A stretch of 61,281 nt of DNA, counting the filler, from Sphacelaria rigidula (taxonomy: Eukaryota), in NCBI GenBank assembly GCA_964200075.2. It is 9 parts of 9 records of this genome, joined end to end, with 100 filler letters (N's around TTAATTAATTAA, not from the genome) between each part and the next. Parts side by side here need not be neighbours in the genome. Positions count along the whole stretch, not along the records: positions 20,462 to 27,181 come from CAXNAA020018429.1; positions 27,282 to 34,001 come from CAXNAA020018430.1; positions 34,102 to 40,821 come from CAXNAA020018431.1; 6 more parts are not named here. One strand, written 5' to 3'. How positions within the stretch are numbered: position 1 is the stretch's first letter; each line of letters starts with the position of its first letter. The notes under the pieces were generated by a model. That model was not told the DNA's origin. It did no database searches and saw nothing but the letters and a program-made list of their open reading frames with translations. The position numbers were made by a program, and so were the translations under genes. Below are positions 23,671 through 37,517 of this stretch, piece after piece.

Positions 23671-26600
23671 GATTGTTGATGGAATGACCAACTGATTTGA
23701 TGACATTGTATTTTCGAACATGACAGGAGGTATCGAGCTGAGTGCGTTTTGTGATTGGTTGCTCCGGTGTAAGGTTTTTCGTGAGTGTTTGTGTGGCGAA
23801 GTGTTCTACCCTTGGTATGCTTGTCTGATGTCTAGTGTCCTCTCCTCTCAGTGTAGTTGCCATGGCTCTATTGTATAGCACGCGAAGTATATTTCGCGAG
23901 TTGCTTTAGTTTTTTCTATCCGGCCTTGTCTCAGTTTTTGCGCAACGCGAGGGTCAAACATTACATATATACTGTTGAGTACCTTTAGTACATACAGTAC
24001 TTACCCTCCAACCGTTGGTTGGACACCGAATGCCGTGTGCGTAAGTAGAAGTAACTGCTGTAGCGATTTCGGACCGCAGCCATGTGTACGAGTGTGTTGT
24101 TGCGATTGTGGTTGTTGTTGTTGTTTTTGTACATGGAGGCTTATTGGCGAAAGACAGCAGCCCGTTCGTGGTGCTGCCCTTAGGGTTAGGGTAGCTGCAG
24201 AGTGAAATCTCTTATTTGTCGTATGCTCAAATCTCGGAAATTTGGAAGGTCAAATCAGAGGATTTCATTTCTTTGGCGCAGACTCGTTGACTACACTAGA
24301 TGTCGCTTGTCTCTCTCGGGTTGCTAATCTTGGACAAACGGCTGTGTTTACCACAGCCTCTCGCACAGTGGTGAGCTCGTTAGACCGACCTATCCCAGTT
24401 TGTTGAGGAGCATTGTTTATTTGGTACCCTGGATGGCTTGATATTCGGAAAATTAGAGGGAGGGGAAGGTGGGGGGATCCAATTACTCGCTGCTGGGGAT
24501 CTTCGCGTTTTGGCCAATTTTGGCCAATTTTGACGCGACTTGCGCCCTTTCGACGCACCGCATCATGAAGACAATCGTTGTTTGTTTTGTTGCCGATCAT
24601 TCAACTTGCGGTCGGCGTGACCAAGTGGATTTGTGAAGGTTCTGCTGCCGATAATTTTTTCAAGCGACGTGGGAAAAGCTTGTCATTTCTCTCGTGTTGA
24701 AGTACGTACCAGCGTGTGCTGTGTTAGTGCTGTTGGTGTTGTGGGAGAAAAAGCGCATTCTGGAAACCGTACGTGTCGTTTACCTGACGGCTACAGTTAC
24801 TTAGAAGGGCTTGACGGTTGAGATCCAAGGAAGACATGTTCGTTTTTCGGATTGTTTGACAGGAAGGTGCGTTGGGTAAACGGTGTGGTTGTTACCTGCT
24901 GCTGTATGTAAAGTTGTGTACGCCGTGAGCAAGCACAAAAACGGGCTGCGAAAAACGGCCAACAGAAGGACTTCGTCGTTGTTGCTTGGTACATGCGGTA
25001 CACTACCCCACGTTTTTATTGTAACACATAAATTGGGTAAAGTCATTCGAGTTTTGGAGTCATTATGATACGGCATGTTGTGCTCCAATAATAACCCGGT
25101 GGGGGAGTCTACACGGCACCCTGACCACCGCTGCTTGATATCTCGCGTTGTAGTTCATCGTTCGATGGACGTTCTTGAGCACCAACAGCAAGCCACATGA
25201 ACAGTCTGCATACCGCAACAAACCATGCCTCTTGGGGTATGAGGCCTCACGAGGTTCAAACACTACTATGAAATCCGAACACAAGTCGGTCGCACAGTAA
25301 AAAATGTCGAACTGTTTAGCTGTTTCGTGTACGTGAAACATGACTGTGAGTGTCTCTCACGGGTGCTACTCGAAACCTTTTTGGCCAAATTGCATGTCCA
25401 GCATTTGCAGAGTGTGAGCTTTTCGAATTATGGTAGCGCCGGAGGTATCCATTTGTGGAATCGGCATCAGCATGTCCACTTGGAAGGTTACTGCGTGACG
25501 CAGATCACCAACCCTGGCGGTCAAGCGATCACATTCCGAAGAGTTATCAAGCCAACACCAACAATGGATCATTCTTTGAAATCGCGGTGGGTTGAAAACG
25601 CCACAGTAGTATTCATGTATTCATCGAAAAAACATTTTTGAGCTGCAGTCTGTTCTGCGCGAGGTGACTTTGGATCATGCTGAATGTACCATGCTCTAAA
25701 TTCGCAACACAATGTTACGATAAGTGGTGATGTCACATCCATTGTTTTGATGGTCGTCGAATACAACATATCGTTGCGTATTAATAGCCGTGGATCTAAC
25801 GAATCCAAAGTGAAGAGTGTTCCGTGACGTCAGTCGTAACAGCCCTGTGACTGCTCGGTTAGGTGATTCGTCGCATCGTCATAATTTTTATCCACCCGAA
25901 GAATGAGGAAAAATGAGGCCCATTTAACAAATAACCTACCCTGGCGGACGAAGGGTTAATCTCCGATCATATTGTCGTGGGCCAATCAAGAAACACAGCT
26001 GGCAAATACACGACACGGGGTCAGGTGGCAGCAAAAGTGCTTTGATACACAGAACGTCATCAGCTTTGTTTTGAATTCTTTCTTCAACTTCCCCCCCCCA
26101 CCAAAAACAAGAGACATATCCATACGAAAGTCATTTGTCATGAATTTTTGTCAGGGAAAGCACGGCTTTTGAGTTGAACCTCATTTTTTTCAACCCCGTT
26201 TTCGAGAATCCACTTTTATCAGTAGATATTCGGAACAGTACTTTGCAGGCCGCTTACCGGCCCACGTTTGGTGTTTTTGTGTTGAAATTTCGGGTGGACC
26301 GTGGTCGGGGCACAGTTGGCAAAACAATTTGGGTCAGATCATTTGTTTTATTTTTTTCGCTGGTTTTGGGCGTTCTGGTATGGAAAGGACCACTTTTCCA
26401 CGAGAACGCCCGAACCTTTCCCAAAATAAAAACGAGGGCCCATTTTTTTTTTAATTTAGCATACCTCTGCGGTTCTTCATCCTGAGCTAAAAAATTGAGA
26501 TAAGTTCCAAGAACAGTTTTCATCATTTCTCCTCAAAACTACCCTACAAATGAAAAAAAAAAAAACGAAAAAATGAGAAGGTATTTTTTTCATTACAGCT

Positions 26601-27837
26601 TTATTTTGCACCGTCGGTCACTATACGAAATTTCATCGCATAACTCTCAAAAACTGGGACGCGATATCCCGATTTAGTTCACCTAGTGCCTCTGCTCGGA
26701 TATATTGATTTTAGTATAGAAACTTATGTGCGCCACATCTCGAGATAGATAACGGATCAGATGAAGGTGACGGTATCCATCGTCTCCCCGTGCTCCAGGA
26801 AATTTCCACACCAAGATTCGTCATCACCCGCTGAGTGTATCGATCGGGGGTTTCGTATAAAGAGTAGTATGGACGTTATCTCCGTTAGGTATAGGAATTA
26901 AACTGACAATTCTATAAAATGAGGTTTATCAATGAAATGAGGTTCAAGCCCAAAACAGTACTTTCTCCACGTTTTCAGCGATGGTGCCCGATGACTTTCT
27001 TGTCGACCTAATGCCCCTCGATCGCCTAGATACTTGTTCAGCGCATTTCACCGACTCTGTGAGCATACAGCGCTGACCGAAACCGCCGTTTCCCCTGATA
27101 TCACCCCCCCCCCTAAAAAATTAGCCTGGTCCGGCGAGAACCCGGCGTGCTCCGTCCCGGCTTTGTAGGGGCGGACCCCCGNNNNNNNNNNNNNNNNNNN
27201 NNNNNNNNNNNNNNNNNNNNNNNNNTTAATTAATTAANNNNNNNNNNNNNNNNNNNNNNNNNNNNNNNNNNNNNNNNNNNNGGAGAACGGTACTCCAGAA
27301 GAACTCAGAAAACAGGACGACTACGAATTCTGAAAACTTCTGACGCTGACTACTATATATATTCTCGTTGTACAACACAGACTGATTCACGGTTTTGACC
27401 CAAATTGCACTCATCAGCAACTATTATACCTTTCGTAATACTTTTCCTGCTGCTCCTGACCACGGGCTGGATTGCCGCAATCAGCTGATGTGAGATAATT
27501 AATCAATGCATCAATACTTACCCAATAGTCGCATACCTGGCATCATGCTGATCGCCATCGAGAGCTGAAGAGGGTGACATAGCAGGATGTTTGTTTCAGG
27601 CGGTAAGTGACCTGAAATTACGAAAACGAATGCCCAACATAATATCTACCCAATCTCCACATTCTTCATATCGTAGTAGCCGCCATCAGCTCGGGGATCT
27701 AACGGAACAATTTTATCTGGAAAGGGTTATTATGGGATCTTTTTTCCCCCACACCTTTGTATTTCGGTGAAGAAGGCTTTTGCCGTCGTTGAACTTCCGC
27801 TGATAATGTTCACCACAGAGCCAGAAAGCATCCTGGC

Positions 27838-28908
27838 TAGAGTTACGAACTGGTTTGGGTAATCAGTTAACTTGTTACAGAAAATTACAACCAGCTACAA
27901 TTACCAGTTAAAACTGGATAACTGACGGCGAAGCCGCCTCGCGACTCCGCCAGCGTTGCGTGGTAAGGCAACGCGGCGGAGTCGCCTAAACGGCCCCCCA
28001 CGACTGGTGAGGGGGCCAGGCTGAAGGCCCCGCCGGAGGCAAGAAAATCACGCCATTTGGCTTCACATCTCTTCAAAATCGCGGTAAATTCTAGCTGCCT
28101 AGCGCCAGCAATTCGAGCACGTAATCAATGCACAACAGTAGATATGCATGGGAAAAAAGAAATTTCTTCAAAGTTTGCGACGTGAATTAAAAAAACGAAG
28201 CGGTGGGACAGTAGTGCACCATACATAGCGTCTAGGTACATGCGCTGTGCGGTCATGTCGTCGCCTTTGTAACAACATCCCCACGGTCACTGTAATGCGA
28301 CAATACTTCGGAAATATTGATTTGGGTATAACACATAACGAGCCTGGCTCTGTTTCCTTGTCTAGTGTATTCCTTTTCTTTTTTTTACGTTCCCCTATTT
28401 TCTTTTTCATTTTCTTTTTTCTTCATGTTTCTCCTTGTTGTTTCTGATCACGAGCTGGAGTGTTGCAATCAGCTACGTACTGCGCGATCATCATCATTTT
28501 TTTTGTTGTTGTTCGTGCTTGTGTTTGTGTTCGTGTTTGTCGTTATTCTGTTGTTATTGCTGTTGTTGGTTGTTATTGTTGTTGTTGTTGTTCGTGGTGG
28601 TGGTGTTTTTTGTTGTTACCGCTGCCCCCTTTTTCTCCTTTCTGAGGCCGTTGCTTCTGTCGTTTTCTGTTCCTTTCTTTATTTTATTTTATTATTATTA
28701 TGTTCTATTTTTGCTACTCCTGACCACGGGCTGGATTGTTGCAATCAGCTAACGTGAGATAATCAATCAATATTTACACAGAACGCTTTGGAGTATGACG
28801 CATATGTCGGGGAAAATAACTGGTTCAACTGGTCACGAAACCGGTCAGTTAACCAGTTGTACCAGTTAACTGTAACTGACCAGTTAAATTGACAGTGCAC
28901 AAACTCTA
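27838..28908. mobile_element. Non-autonomous hAT element
   Basis: Termini TAGAGTT...AACTCTA. 8-bp TSD ATCCTGGC/GTCCTGGC (7 of 8 match). CAGTTAAC/AACTGG subterminal repeats at both ends. Confidence 0.8.
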
Positions 28909-30816
28909 GTCCTGGCCCTCTCCCTTATATATGTCGTCGAGAATCTCAGACCGCCATCAAACTTGGCAATTCGGTAGGTATTGCTGCTGCCAGTGAAGTA
29001 AGTAGGCTTTAGTTCCATATGCGCGCATAAAGTTTAGCTCAATTTGGGGATCTTGAGCTTAAATAGGCTTTTTTTTATCGCAGAGTTTACCATCAGCTTA
29101 ATATTCTTGAAACGAGCTCAACATCCTTGAAACGCGCGTATGACCCGCATAAAATGCGCATAAAGTTGCGATATTTTTTTATGCGCCTCCTGCAGCCAGC
29201 TGCCTGCAAGTGCTCCATGAGGCGAGACTCCTCACCAGACAGAGACGACAGGCTTCAGGCTTCAATTATCCAAACTTCCATGGTCGTGTTTCGTGTTCGT
29301 ATTTTGGTGCGGGTCTGGTCAGCAAAATGTTCCATTTTATATTCTCCATACATGGTATTATGTTGTTTTCAGCAACGCGACTGAGACTAGTACACTTGTG
29401 CAGCGAACAATCGGTACCGGTAGTTCGACAAGTTTTTTAATGTCGACTGACGGTAGATGATGGGGTGGAGAGGTGGTAGCTTGTAGTTTGTAGCTTGCCG
29501 GGCGAGATGCCAAAGGCTGTAATGCCCTGTGTGCAGAGGCTATACAATCCCCCTACTGCTGTATCATGTATCATAAGTGTGATGTCATTTATTTCTTGTT
29601 TTCGTACGTGGTTCAATGTGCAGGTTGTGGCCTTCAAACTCAATGAGTGAAGAAAAGCTTCAGTTTTTAATCAAAAAGAAGCATAAAAACTTCGAATACC
29701 CAGCTTGTCGTCTTGGCCTCATCCTAGAAGGCGCACCTCGTGAGGGGATACTGCCACAGCGCCACAACAAGGACGGGAATCAGGCGCATAACGCGCGCCT
29801 ACTTTACGCTCAAAAAGCTTCAAGTGGGCGGGCTTGAAAAATAATGAACAGCTTAAAATATATATATGAAAAGCGTGCATACGGAACTAAAGCCTATAAA
29901 TAATGCATTGTTGAAAAATATTTCGAAGTGTATCCGCTCCTGACCGGCTGCTGAGGGTCCCGGCGTAAGGATACCCGGAAGCCGGTACAAAAAGCATCGA
30001 CCCGAGAACCAAAAACTCGTCTCGCTGGGTTGTCCAAGGGCTATTGTTACGAAGTATCGTTGCGTAACTCGGAAAACTGATGTAATCGGGTCGTTTTCAT
30101 TAATCGTACCCAAAAACGTAGTCTTCTGTAGTTGAACGAAGTAGTCGGGGGATTGCGCCTTTTTAGGCTCACCTCATCGCACCAAAGGGCAAATGTTCGC
30201 ACCGGCTCTTGAAGTCAGACTCTGAAACATTGCACACATATCCTATGGGGCATTGTGAAACTTTCGATGGACGGTGTGTTTATACATCACTTGATTCGTC
30301 GCATTTCGAGGGTCCCAGAAGAGCATGTGGCTCCGCAGGACCTTGGGACCCCCGATGACCGGCGAAAGTTTCGGAATGCCCCACAGTTCAGTATATGTGC
30401 GCAACTTTCAAAAGTCCAACTCCAAGAATTGGCGTGAATATTTCCGAATGAAATTATTGTGGGACATGAGCGTAAGCCAGCCTGTACGAGATGTTGACGA
30501 ATGTGGCGGTACACCGAAACCAAGTAAGGGGTGGTTTTCTGCGATATTTTATTATGTTTGGGCCAAATGCTGGACAGAAAAAGCGCTGCTGAACAGAAAA
30601 AAAATGCTATTAAAGTTAAAATCAAGGGTATCGTTGTGGAGCTGGGAATGTGAGAAACACGACGATCCCGACAACAATTTTGGATTTACATTAACCCTGT
30701 CGGAACCCAGTGACGATTTTTATTTTTGTTAATCGGCATCATTTTCAATCATTTTATAGTAGAAATGATCCCGATTCGCAAAAACAAAATTCATCGGTGA
30801 GTTTCCGAAGGATTAA

Positions 30817-30918
30817 CCCTTAGACCGCGAGAGTAGGTCACCTGCTAGATCGGTATCAATATTCACTTGAAAAAAGTACGCGTGATCCAGATGGACTACC
30901 CGCACCGTGGTGTAAGGG
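30817..30918. mobile_element. piggyBac-like MITE (102 bp)
   Basis: TTAA|CCCTTAGACCGCG...CGTGGTGTAAGGG|TTAA: CCC/GGG termini with a perfect TTAA TSD. Confidence 0.85.
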
Positions 30919-33102
30919 TTAATGCTCTGAAAAATCGAGGTTGGGGATGGGGTAGTTTTCCCCGTTTTATGTGGCAACTTGGTGGACCAGCTTCTTTTTT
31001 TTTTTCATCATGGAGAAGTCGCCTGAAAAAATGCAAGTATCAAGTCTACTGCGGATAGGAGTCGATGACTCCATAACCAAACGGCCGTGTTGACGAAGAT
31101 GAGATTTGACGGAATGATCAAATCGCTATTAATACTATTGCAACTGTGGATACTTGCGAACTGTGCCTCGTTACCACGGTGGTACGAGCTCTGGACCCAA
31201 GTAAGATGGGATGTTCGTGCGATATTGCGTATGCTGGGAAAGATGAAAGATGCCGTACGTGGCATGCGCAGGGAAAGCGAAGACCACCGTGTACATATTA
31301 TTAACCTGATTCGCTCGGGAAGCATACAGTATTCACAGATATCCCCAGCACTCGTGCAATAGCTCCAGGGCTCACCCTTGCCCAGCTGCCGACATCACGC
31401 CTGGCTTGACGGTAGTATGTTCCGTATTTCAGGAGTAATGGTAGTCTGCGTGTGTTACTGGAGTAGACAGAATTGCTGCAGTTTTACCGACTGTATGTGC
31501 TGACCGTCCTGACCGTCCTACCGAATCCAAGTACAATTCCAGTACTACCAAAACCCCTGTGACCTAGCTGCTGCTGAAGTCGAAAAAAGGTGTCGGCCAA
31601 CCTTCCAAGCAGACTTTGAGAGCACAAACTGGGGCACGCCACCAGTAGTACCAAGAACACGAACGAGCAGTCTACGGTGGTGTTGGAGCGCTTCTTGCGT
31701 GCGATGACAAGGGGTATGCTGTCGGGGGAGTAGGTTGTGCAGTGTGTTCGGCTGATGCAGGGAGGGTTGCGCTGCGCGGTACAGTTAGAGTCTAGAGCAT
31801 ACATTGTACCGCGTTTTCGTCGTACTCCAGGCTTTTCAGCGACAGTGCTGGACAGAAAAATCACCTCCGAAATCCTCGACGCTATCATGGTAAATGCAGA
31901 GAAGGGTGCTCCACAGTGTGGTGACAGGATCAAATCGAACTCAATTTATATCAGCGTCCAGGAGTACAAGAGTCGGGGTTTTTGGGGGGGAGAGGTGGGT
32001 AAGAGTTACTGTAGCATAACGAAAGTCATAGTTCTCGGGTTACAATGAAAAGAAAAACATGTGCTTCTCATGTAGGACTACAATGCTGGTGTGCTTGGAG
32101 AGTTGGCGCCCATTTTCGACGTATTTTCAAAACCTTTAGTTTGTCATGACGGCGCACGGGTCACTCGGAAATGCTGCGTTCTGTGCTACAAGGTTCGAAC
32201 GAATTGCTATCATCAGGTTCCATCTATATGCAAGTTTGCTGTTTTGTGTTTCTATCATTTTCCACATCATTTGGGATAGTCGACCCAGACCCTGCCCCGT
32301 TTCCGTTCAGTGTTGGGAAAAAAGCACACGGCCAGTACTGCTCGACAAGTCTGACTCACCGTTTCTGTTGTTCACATCAGTCGTGACCTCCATAACTATA
32401 GTCATACTCCACCGCTCTGTTGTCCATCTTCAACAACCAAGACGGAAATCACCCCCCCCAGTTAGTCGTGCAAGTATCATCTATCCGCCCTGACAGGGTG
32501 TAGATAGACCGCGACCTACCCGTCAATGGCAGTGCTGTTTTCAAATCCTCGTGTGCTATTTTGTGATTTTTTTTGCCTTCCGAGCGGGGGAAGCAATAGG
32601 CTCTACTCTCTCGCGTCTCATTTCTGCTTTCAGCACCTGTTTTTTTTTTTTCTGTTTTCGCGTTGTGTAACTTCTAGGGGTCTTTCCTTTTTTTTCCTCG
32701 CCTCCTTTGTTTTTCTGTCAGCTATTTTGGGTAGGTAGTTGGCTTGTGGCACCCGAAAAGCGCACCCCTACCAGCTGAGTTGAGAATTCAGACCTTGGCA
32801 GGCACCAAGCAGAGATCGGAGCATCTTTTTGGTGTGAAGACAAGAACAACAACAACAACAACAACGCTCAAACAACACCTGAAACACATGAAATACTGTA
32901 TACTCGTCATGATGAGTGGATCAAAATAGCCACCCCGTAGTTTCTCCACGAGCACTTGTGAGAATTTCCTCCCTTCTGAATGATGGCGCGATAGCCCCCC
33001 CCCCCAAACCAGCCCCATCAACACCACCACCACCACCACCACCATCACCAACAACAACAACAACAACAACTGTTTGTTACTGCCGTGCGTTGCGTCCCGC
33101 AG

Positions 33103-33231
33103 CTTCGAGAGTTGGACCCGAACTTGGCGCACTTCCACAGCATAGGCATGGCGACACACATGTCGCTCAAGGCAGCCGGCTTCGCTTTCGGCCCCCTCGT
33201 AGGGATACGTCACTCCGACCGAGACGAGGAG
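33103..33231 (+). CDS. Orphan internal exon, protein unidentified
   Basis: CCCGCAG| after a (CAC)n(CAA)n tract, donor GAG|GTGAGG. 43 open codons LRELDPNLAHFHSIGMATHMSLKAAGFAFGPLVGIRHSDRDEE. Confidence 0.65.
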
Positions 33232-34154
33232 GTGAGGGACGCACGAGCCTGGCGTCTGCTATATACCGTATATTTTGTGTGAGTACACCAAATGAGTCAT
33301 ATCACGGTAGGGGTTGCACATTTGGGCCCAGGTGTTTGTTATGGAAGGGATCGTAAGTTAGGAGTTACTAAAAAGTATGGGTCAAGACGTTCTCGTTCTG
33401 TCAGGAACATTCATTCGCGATCTCCCTAGCCCGTCATTGGAATGCTATCCGTGGCGTGCTCTCACCTATTTTATACCAGTAAGTCGTTCTTCGGATGAAA
33501 TATAAGGGGATCCTAATCATATGAAAGGGCACAATTTCCCCAGATGTTCATGGTGGTTGAAGTATCTAGAAGCCATTTCAGAAGTCATTGGCCTGCACGA
33601 TTGCCTGTATGAGTCGGGTGGGGCATGTCAGTGTGGGAGGAGCAGTAGGGCATCCACGGTGACGTGACAACGACGCTGTCTGGATTGAAGTCGAGGTTTG
33701 TGAGATCCGGCAGACGGGTGTGGTGCGACCATCAGTTGGTGGCAGCATCGCGAATCGATGTTCTCTGAGTTTGTTTTTCAGGACTTGAACGTGATATTTT
33801 GTTCGGCACTCCCGTGTCATCACTTGAATATGCGTTTTGTGTTGTCGTCCCATCTATTCTGGACGCTGGTCTACACCTTTCGGTATATGTGGGCGCACCA
33901 GCCGGGGTCACACAGGAGGAAGGTCAACACAGGAGCCTTTCTCGTTTGTTTGTTTTTACTACTCCACCTTCCTTCTGCGGTGCTTGCCTTCATTTTTTGT
34001 CNNNNNNNNNNNNNNNNNNNNNNNNNNNNNNNNNNNNNNNNNNNNTTAATTAATTAANNNNNNNNNNNNNNNNNNNNNNNNNNNNNNNNNNNNNNNNNNN
34101 NAAAGAAGGAACAAAAGTAATAGAAGGGGCGGGAGGGGAGGGGGGGGGGGGGGG

Positions 34155-34320
34155 TTGGTGGGTTCAGCTCTCGTACTGCCTTGAGCAACCGATTCCGAAT
34201 GCTCAAGGCGCGTACCGCATATGACTGCCGCGAGGCGGTCTCGCCAAGACTTCGGGTAATCGGCACGCAGACACCTTCTCGGGTCAAGTGTTGGCTGAGC
34301 TTTCCTCCTTATTTCAAGAA
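34155..34320 (+). repeat. Dispersed repeat with predicted RNA structure (copies 55745-55908 plus, 58660-58780 minus)
   Basis: Shared core CATGACTGCCGCG.GG...GGGTAATCG...AGTGTT.....AG.TTTCCTCCTT. Contains hairpins and a possible pseudoknot. Confidence 0.75.
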
Positions 34321-34326
34321 ATAAAA

Positions 34327-34366
<40 letters not shown>

Positions 34367-35553
34367 GAACTCTAGCATACATCGGCAAGGCTCGAACAGA
34401 CTGCTGACAGGCCAATCGGTCACTTTATCCCGGGTATGTATATGTATGTCGCCAGTCTCTCTCTCTGTCAAAGCCTCGCTTGCAAAAGAGAAAATAAAGA
34501 GGAGCCAAAAAATGGCGTAGCAAGAATAATTTTGTATCTGGTGGTGGAGGTCTCTCTTGTTTCGTATTTTTGGAGTGTAACGGAAAACGCAGGAAGAGCC
34601 TCATACCGGCAAACATCAAAGTCGGTTGGGGTAGGGTACCGTACTCTAGGTAGCCTTGATTCACGGGGTATAAAGTGGTACCCGAGTACCTCAGGGTACA
34701 TACTTGGGGTGATATCGAGTGTGAAAATCCGGTGAACATGGTGAACGCGTTTTAAAGTGGCTTAGTGACGAGCAAGATGAGCAACACAGAAGAAGATGGA
34801 GTACTAAAACAAAGAAATTGATTAATAAAAAAACCCGTGTTGGCCGTCCTCCTGTGTGACCCCGGCTGGTACGCTCACATATACCGAGGTGTGTAGACCG
34901 GCGTCCAGAATAGATGAGATGCCAATGCACACACAATAAGTCGCCTAACTTTTTCGTTGTCCCGCCTTGGCCCTGTATAGGGCGGGCACCGCCTCACTGC
35001 ATGTTTCGGTTGACTGTACAGTACTATACCATACTCTCGAAAAGCGTGGTAAAGGGTAGTGACGAAATAGACGGAATAGCGTGCCTTGTTGTTAGCGGGG
35101 GTTTGTAATACAGCGGGTGATGGTGGACAATAAGAACACCCATCGTGGATGTATTAGAGGTATCTCAAACTCGGCTCCCGGTATCTTGGTTTATTCGTCG
35201 GCTCTGAGGGTTCTACGATTTTTCAAGTGAAAGTGATCGCGATTCATAGGAAGACCCGACCTGGCGGTCAGAAGGTCTCATCATCTGATGGATGGTCATC
35301 GCTCTGAGTGCCGACTACGAACTGGGCCGAGTTTGAGATGCCGACTACGAACTGGGCCAGCTGTAAATCCCACATTTGCATGTCACACCATAACTTGTCA
35401 AGTTTACTAAATCAGCCCGACTTGAGTATACCGCTGTGACCTGCAAACCAATCTGGTAATGCACGGCACCGCCGCTGAATGAAGAAATATTTGAAAAAAA
35501 TGTACTGCATAATATATGGCCTTACCGACGGAACGAAAAAAATAACAAGAAAA

Positions 35554-35616
35554 CGTCGGGATTCGAACTCGTGACCTCCATGACTGGAGTCTCTTGTATC
35601 ACTTGGATTAAAGGGG
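35554..35616 (-). mobile_element. Degenerate tRNA-derived (SINE-like) head
   Basis: The minus strand has B-box GAGTTCGAATCCC and an A-box-like TAATCCAAGTGA, followed by a T-rich tract. No intact cloverleaf is visible. Confidence 0.4.
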
Positions 35617-36677
35617 CGCATCGGTGTCACACAAGAAGTGCCCTGCTGCGCCCAACATGAGGTATTTATGGCCGAAATTGCACCAGGATCTCCTGCACAC
35701 AATTATGCTAAACAAGACGAGGGATGCCGACGTATTTCTTTATTTTCACGGAGTTGTAGTATTTTTTTTTGTTTTTGCAGAAACCTCGAATCGTTGCACC
35801 CCCCGTAAGATTGTGCGTTTTGATGATGAAAAAATACAGTATCAAAATTTCAGCGCCCAACTTCTCGAAATACCCACAGCCGGGCCCGGAAACATCCGAA
35901 AATCACCGTCTGCTGGCCCAGCTGGTATTGATGTCTCCGCAAATCTAGCGTCGGGCTTCGTCTGAGGCTTTCTTTTGGTTTTGAGACGTCGGGAGGAAAT
36001 TGGCTTGTTAGGAAGACCCCTTATTGGGTAAAATGTTGTGAGAGGTCGGAAACACCCGACTTGTTGGTAGTTCCGCCGATTGGTAGACATCATCTTTAGA
36101 CGGGTCCCACCATTGTAATGGGGAGTACCTGGAGTATGATATGTCGTCTAGGTGCCATGCCTTCTGTACCCGAACAGCCTTCGGAAAAATTGAAAAATTG
36201 AAAAAATGATTTGCCGTGCCCAGGACACAACGCCAGTAGCTACTGGTTCATACGGTGGACACTATGTAGTGAAACGTTTCAATATAAGAAAGTTGTACTG
36301 CGTAAAGTATAGATCTATTGCAAGTACCTTCGACGGACAATAGTTGCAAATAGACCCATACGTGACGCAGTACAAGTTCTTTTACTGCAAATATTGACCA
36401 CGCTGTATCCAGGGTCGACCATAGTCGCAACAGGCCTATACTTTATACTCAGTACAACTTTTTTTTTTCTACTGCAACCATTGACCACACAAGTTACGGT
36501 GAGCCTACACTTTGCGCAGTACAATTTCTTCTACTGCAGCTGTCAACCATGTATTGTTCAGGGTGTATATTCGTTCCAAAACTCATGAAGATGATGGTGA
36601 GCATGTGCTGAATGTGTTGGGCTATAGCGCTGCACTTTGATGTTTGTATGTTTCGATGGGACCGTTTTTTGTGGCAG

Positions 36678-36806
36678 GTGGAGAACATTTTCACCTCCCA
36701 AGCGTCATCGGGTGTGTTGACGAAAGATTTGCTGGACATCCAACGAAGAGAGCAGGAGCTGGGCATGGAAGTCCAAGCTGTCGAGGACAACATTTTTCAT
36801 TGGAAG
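36678..36806 (+). CDS. Exon encoding the N-terminal part of a ubiquitin-conjugating (E2/UBC, UBE2Q-like) domain
   Basis: GGCAG| ... AAG|GTACTG, phase 0/0. VENIFTSQASSGVLTKDLLDIQRREQELGMEVQAVEDNIFHWK matches the UBC helix 1 (LxKEL) and the DNIxxW strand. Confidence 0.72.
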
Positions 36807-37517
36807 GTACTGTCGCGAGCCACGAGCAGGGTACGGATGTATGATCGGGGTACATCAGGCTCGATCTTTTGAGAACAGAAATATATATATATATATATGG
36901 TGAATTGTGAAGATGAAGGTGAGAATAATGAGCGGCTTACGAGCGGCAACCATTTTACGTCCCCTTTTGCTCCCTCATTGGATCGTTCCCCCGACTTAAT
37001 TTTTTATTTTTCAATCAATTTTTGTAAGTTTTTTTTCCATTTGAAAAGATTGGATTGCTCATCTTACCTTAACTGACCCCCCGGGAGTCCGGCCGTGGTC
37101 ACATGATGGACGTGCCCGAGACGAAATAAAAATGAAACACGCGCTCAAGAAAAAAAAAAAACAGAAAAGGTTGAAAATAACAACAGAGTAGACCAAGTGG
37201 CAACAGAAGGAGAGGAGAAGAATCATGGAAATGGCCGGCCTCTGCCACATATCTTGGGTGTAGAATGAGAACGATTATAACGAGGATATAAGAGCGGAAA
37301 CGTCAACTGGTCGCTACCAGGTGGGCTGTGCATCATTTTCATGCCCGTTCTCACGACCTACTTGTCATGTTTTCTTCTTCTGTCAAGACGGAGCCCAGCA
37401 AGAGCACAGTTGGCAGCATGTTTCGTTGATTTGAAGAAGCAGCGATCACAAAAACAGCCGTAGACACACTACTGGCAACACCTAACCTTGTTGTCGATCG
37501 GCGGTACGTCTATTTTC

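Noticed and set aside
33103..36806. Joining the exon at 33103-33231 to the UBC-like exon at 36678-36806 (both 129 bp, phase 0)
   Set aside because: They are on different contigs separated by an artificial spacer, so phase compatibility is not evidence of linkage.
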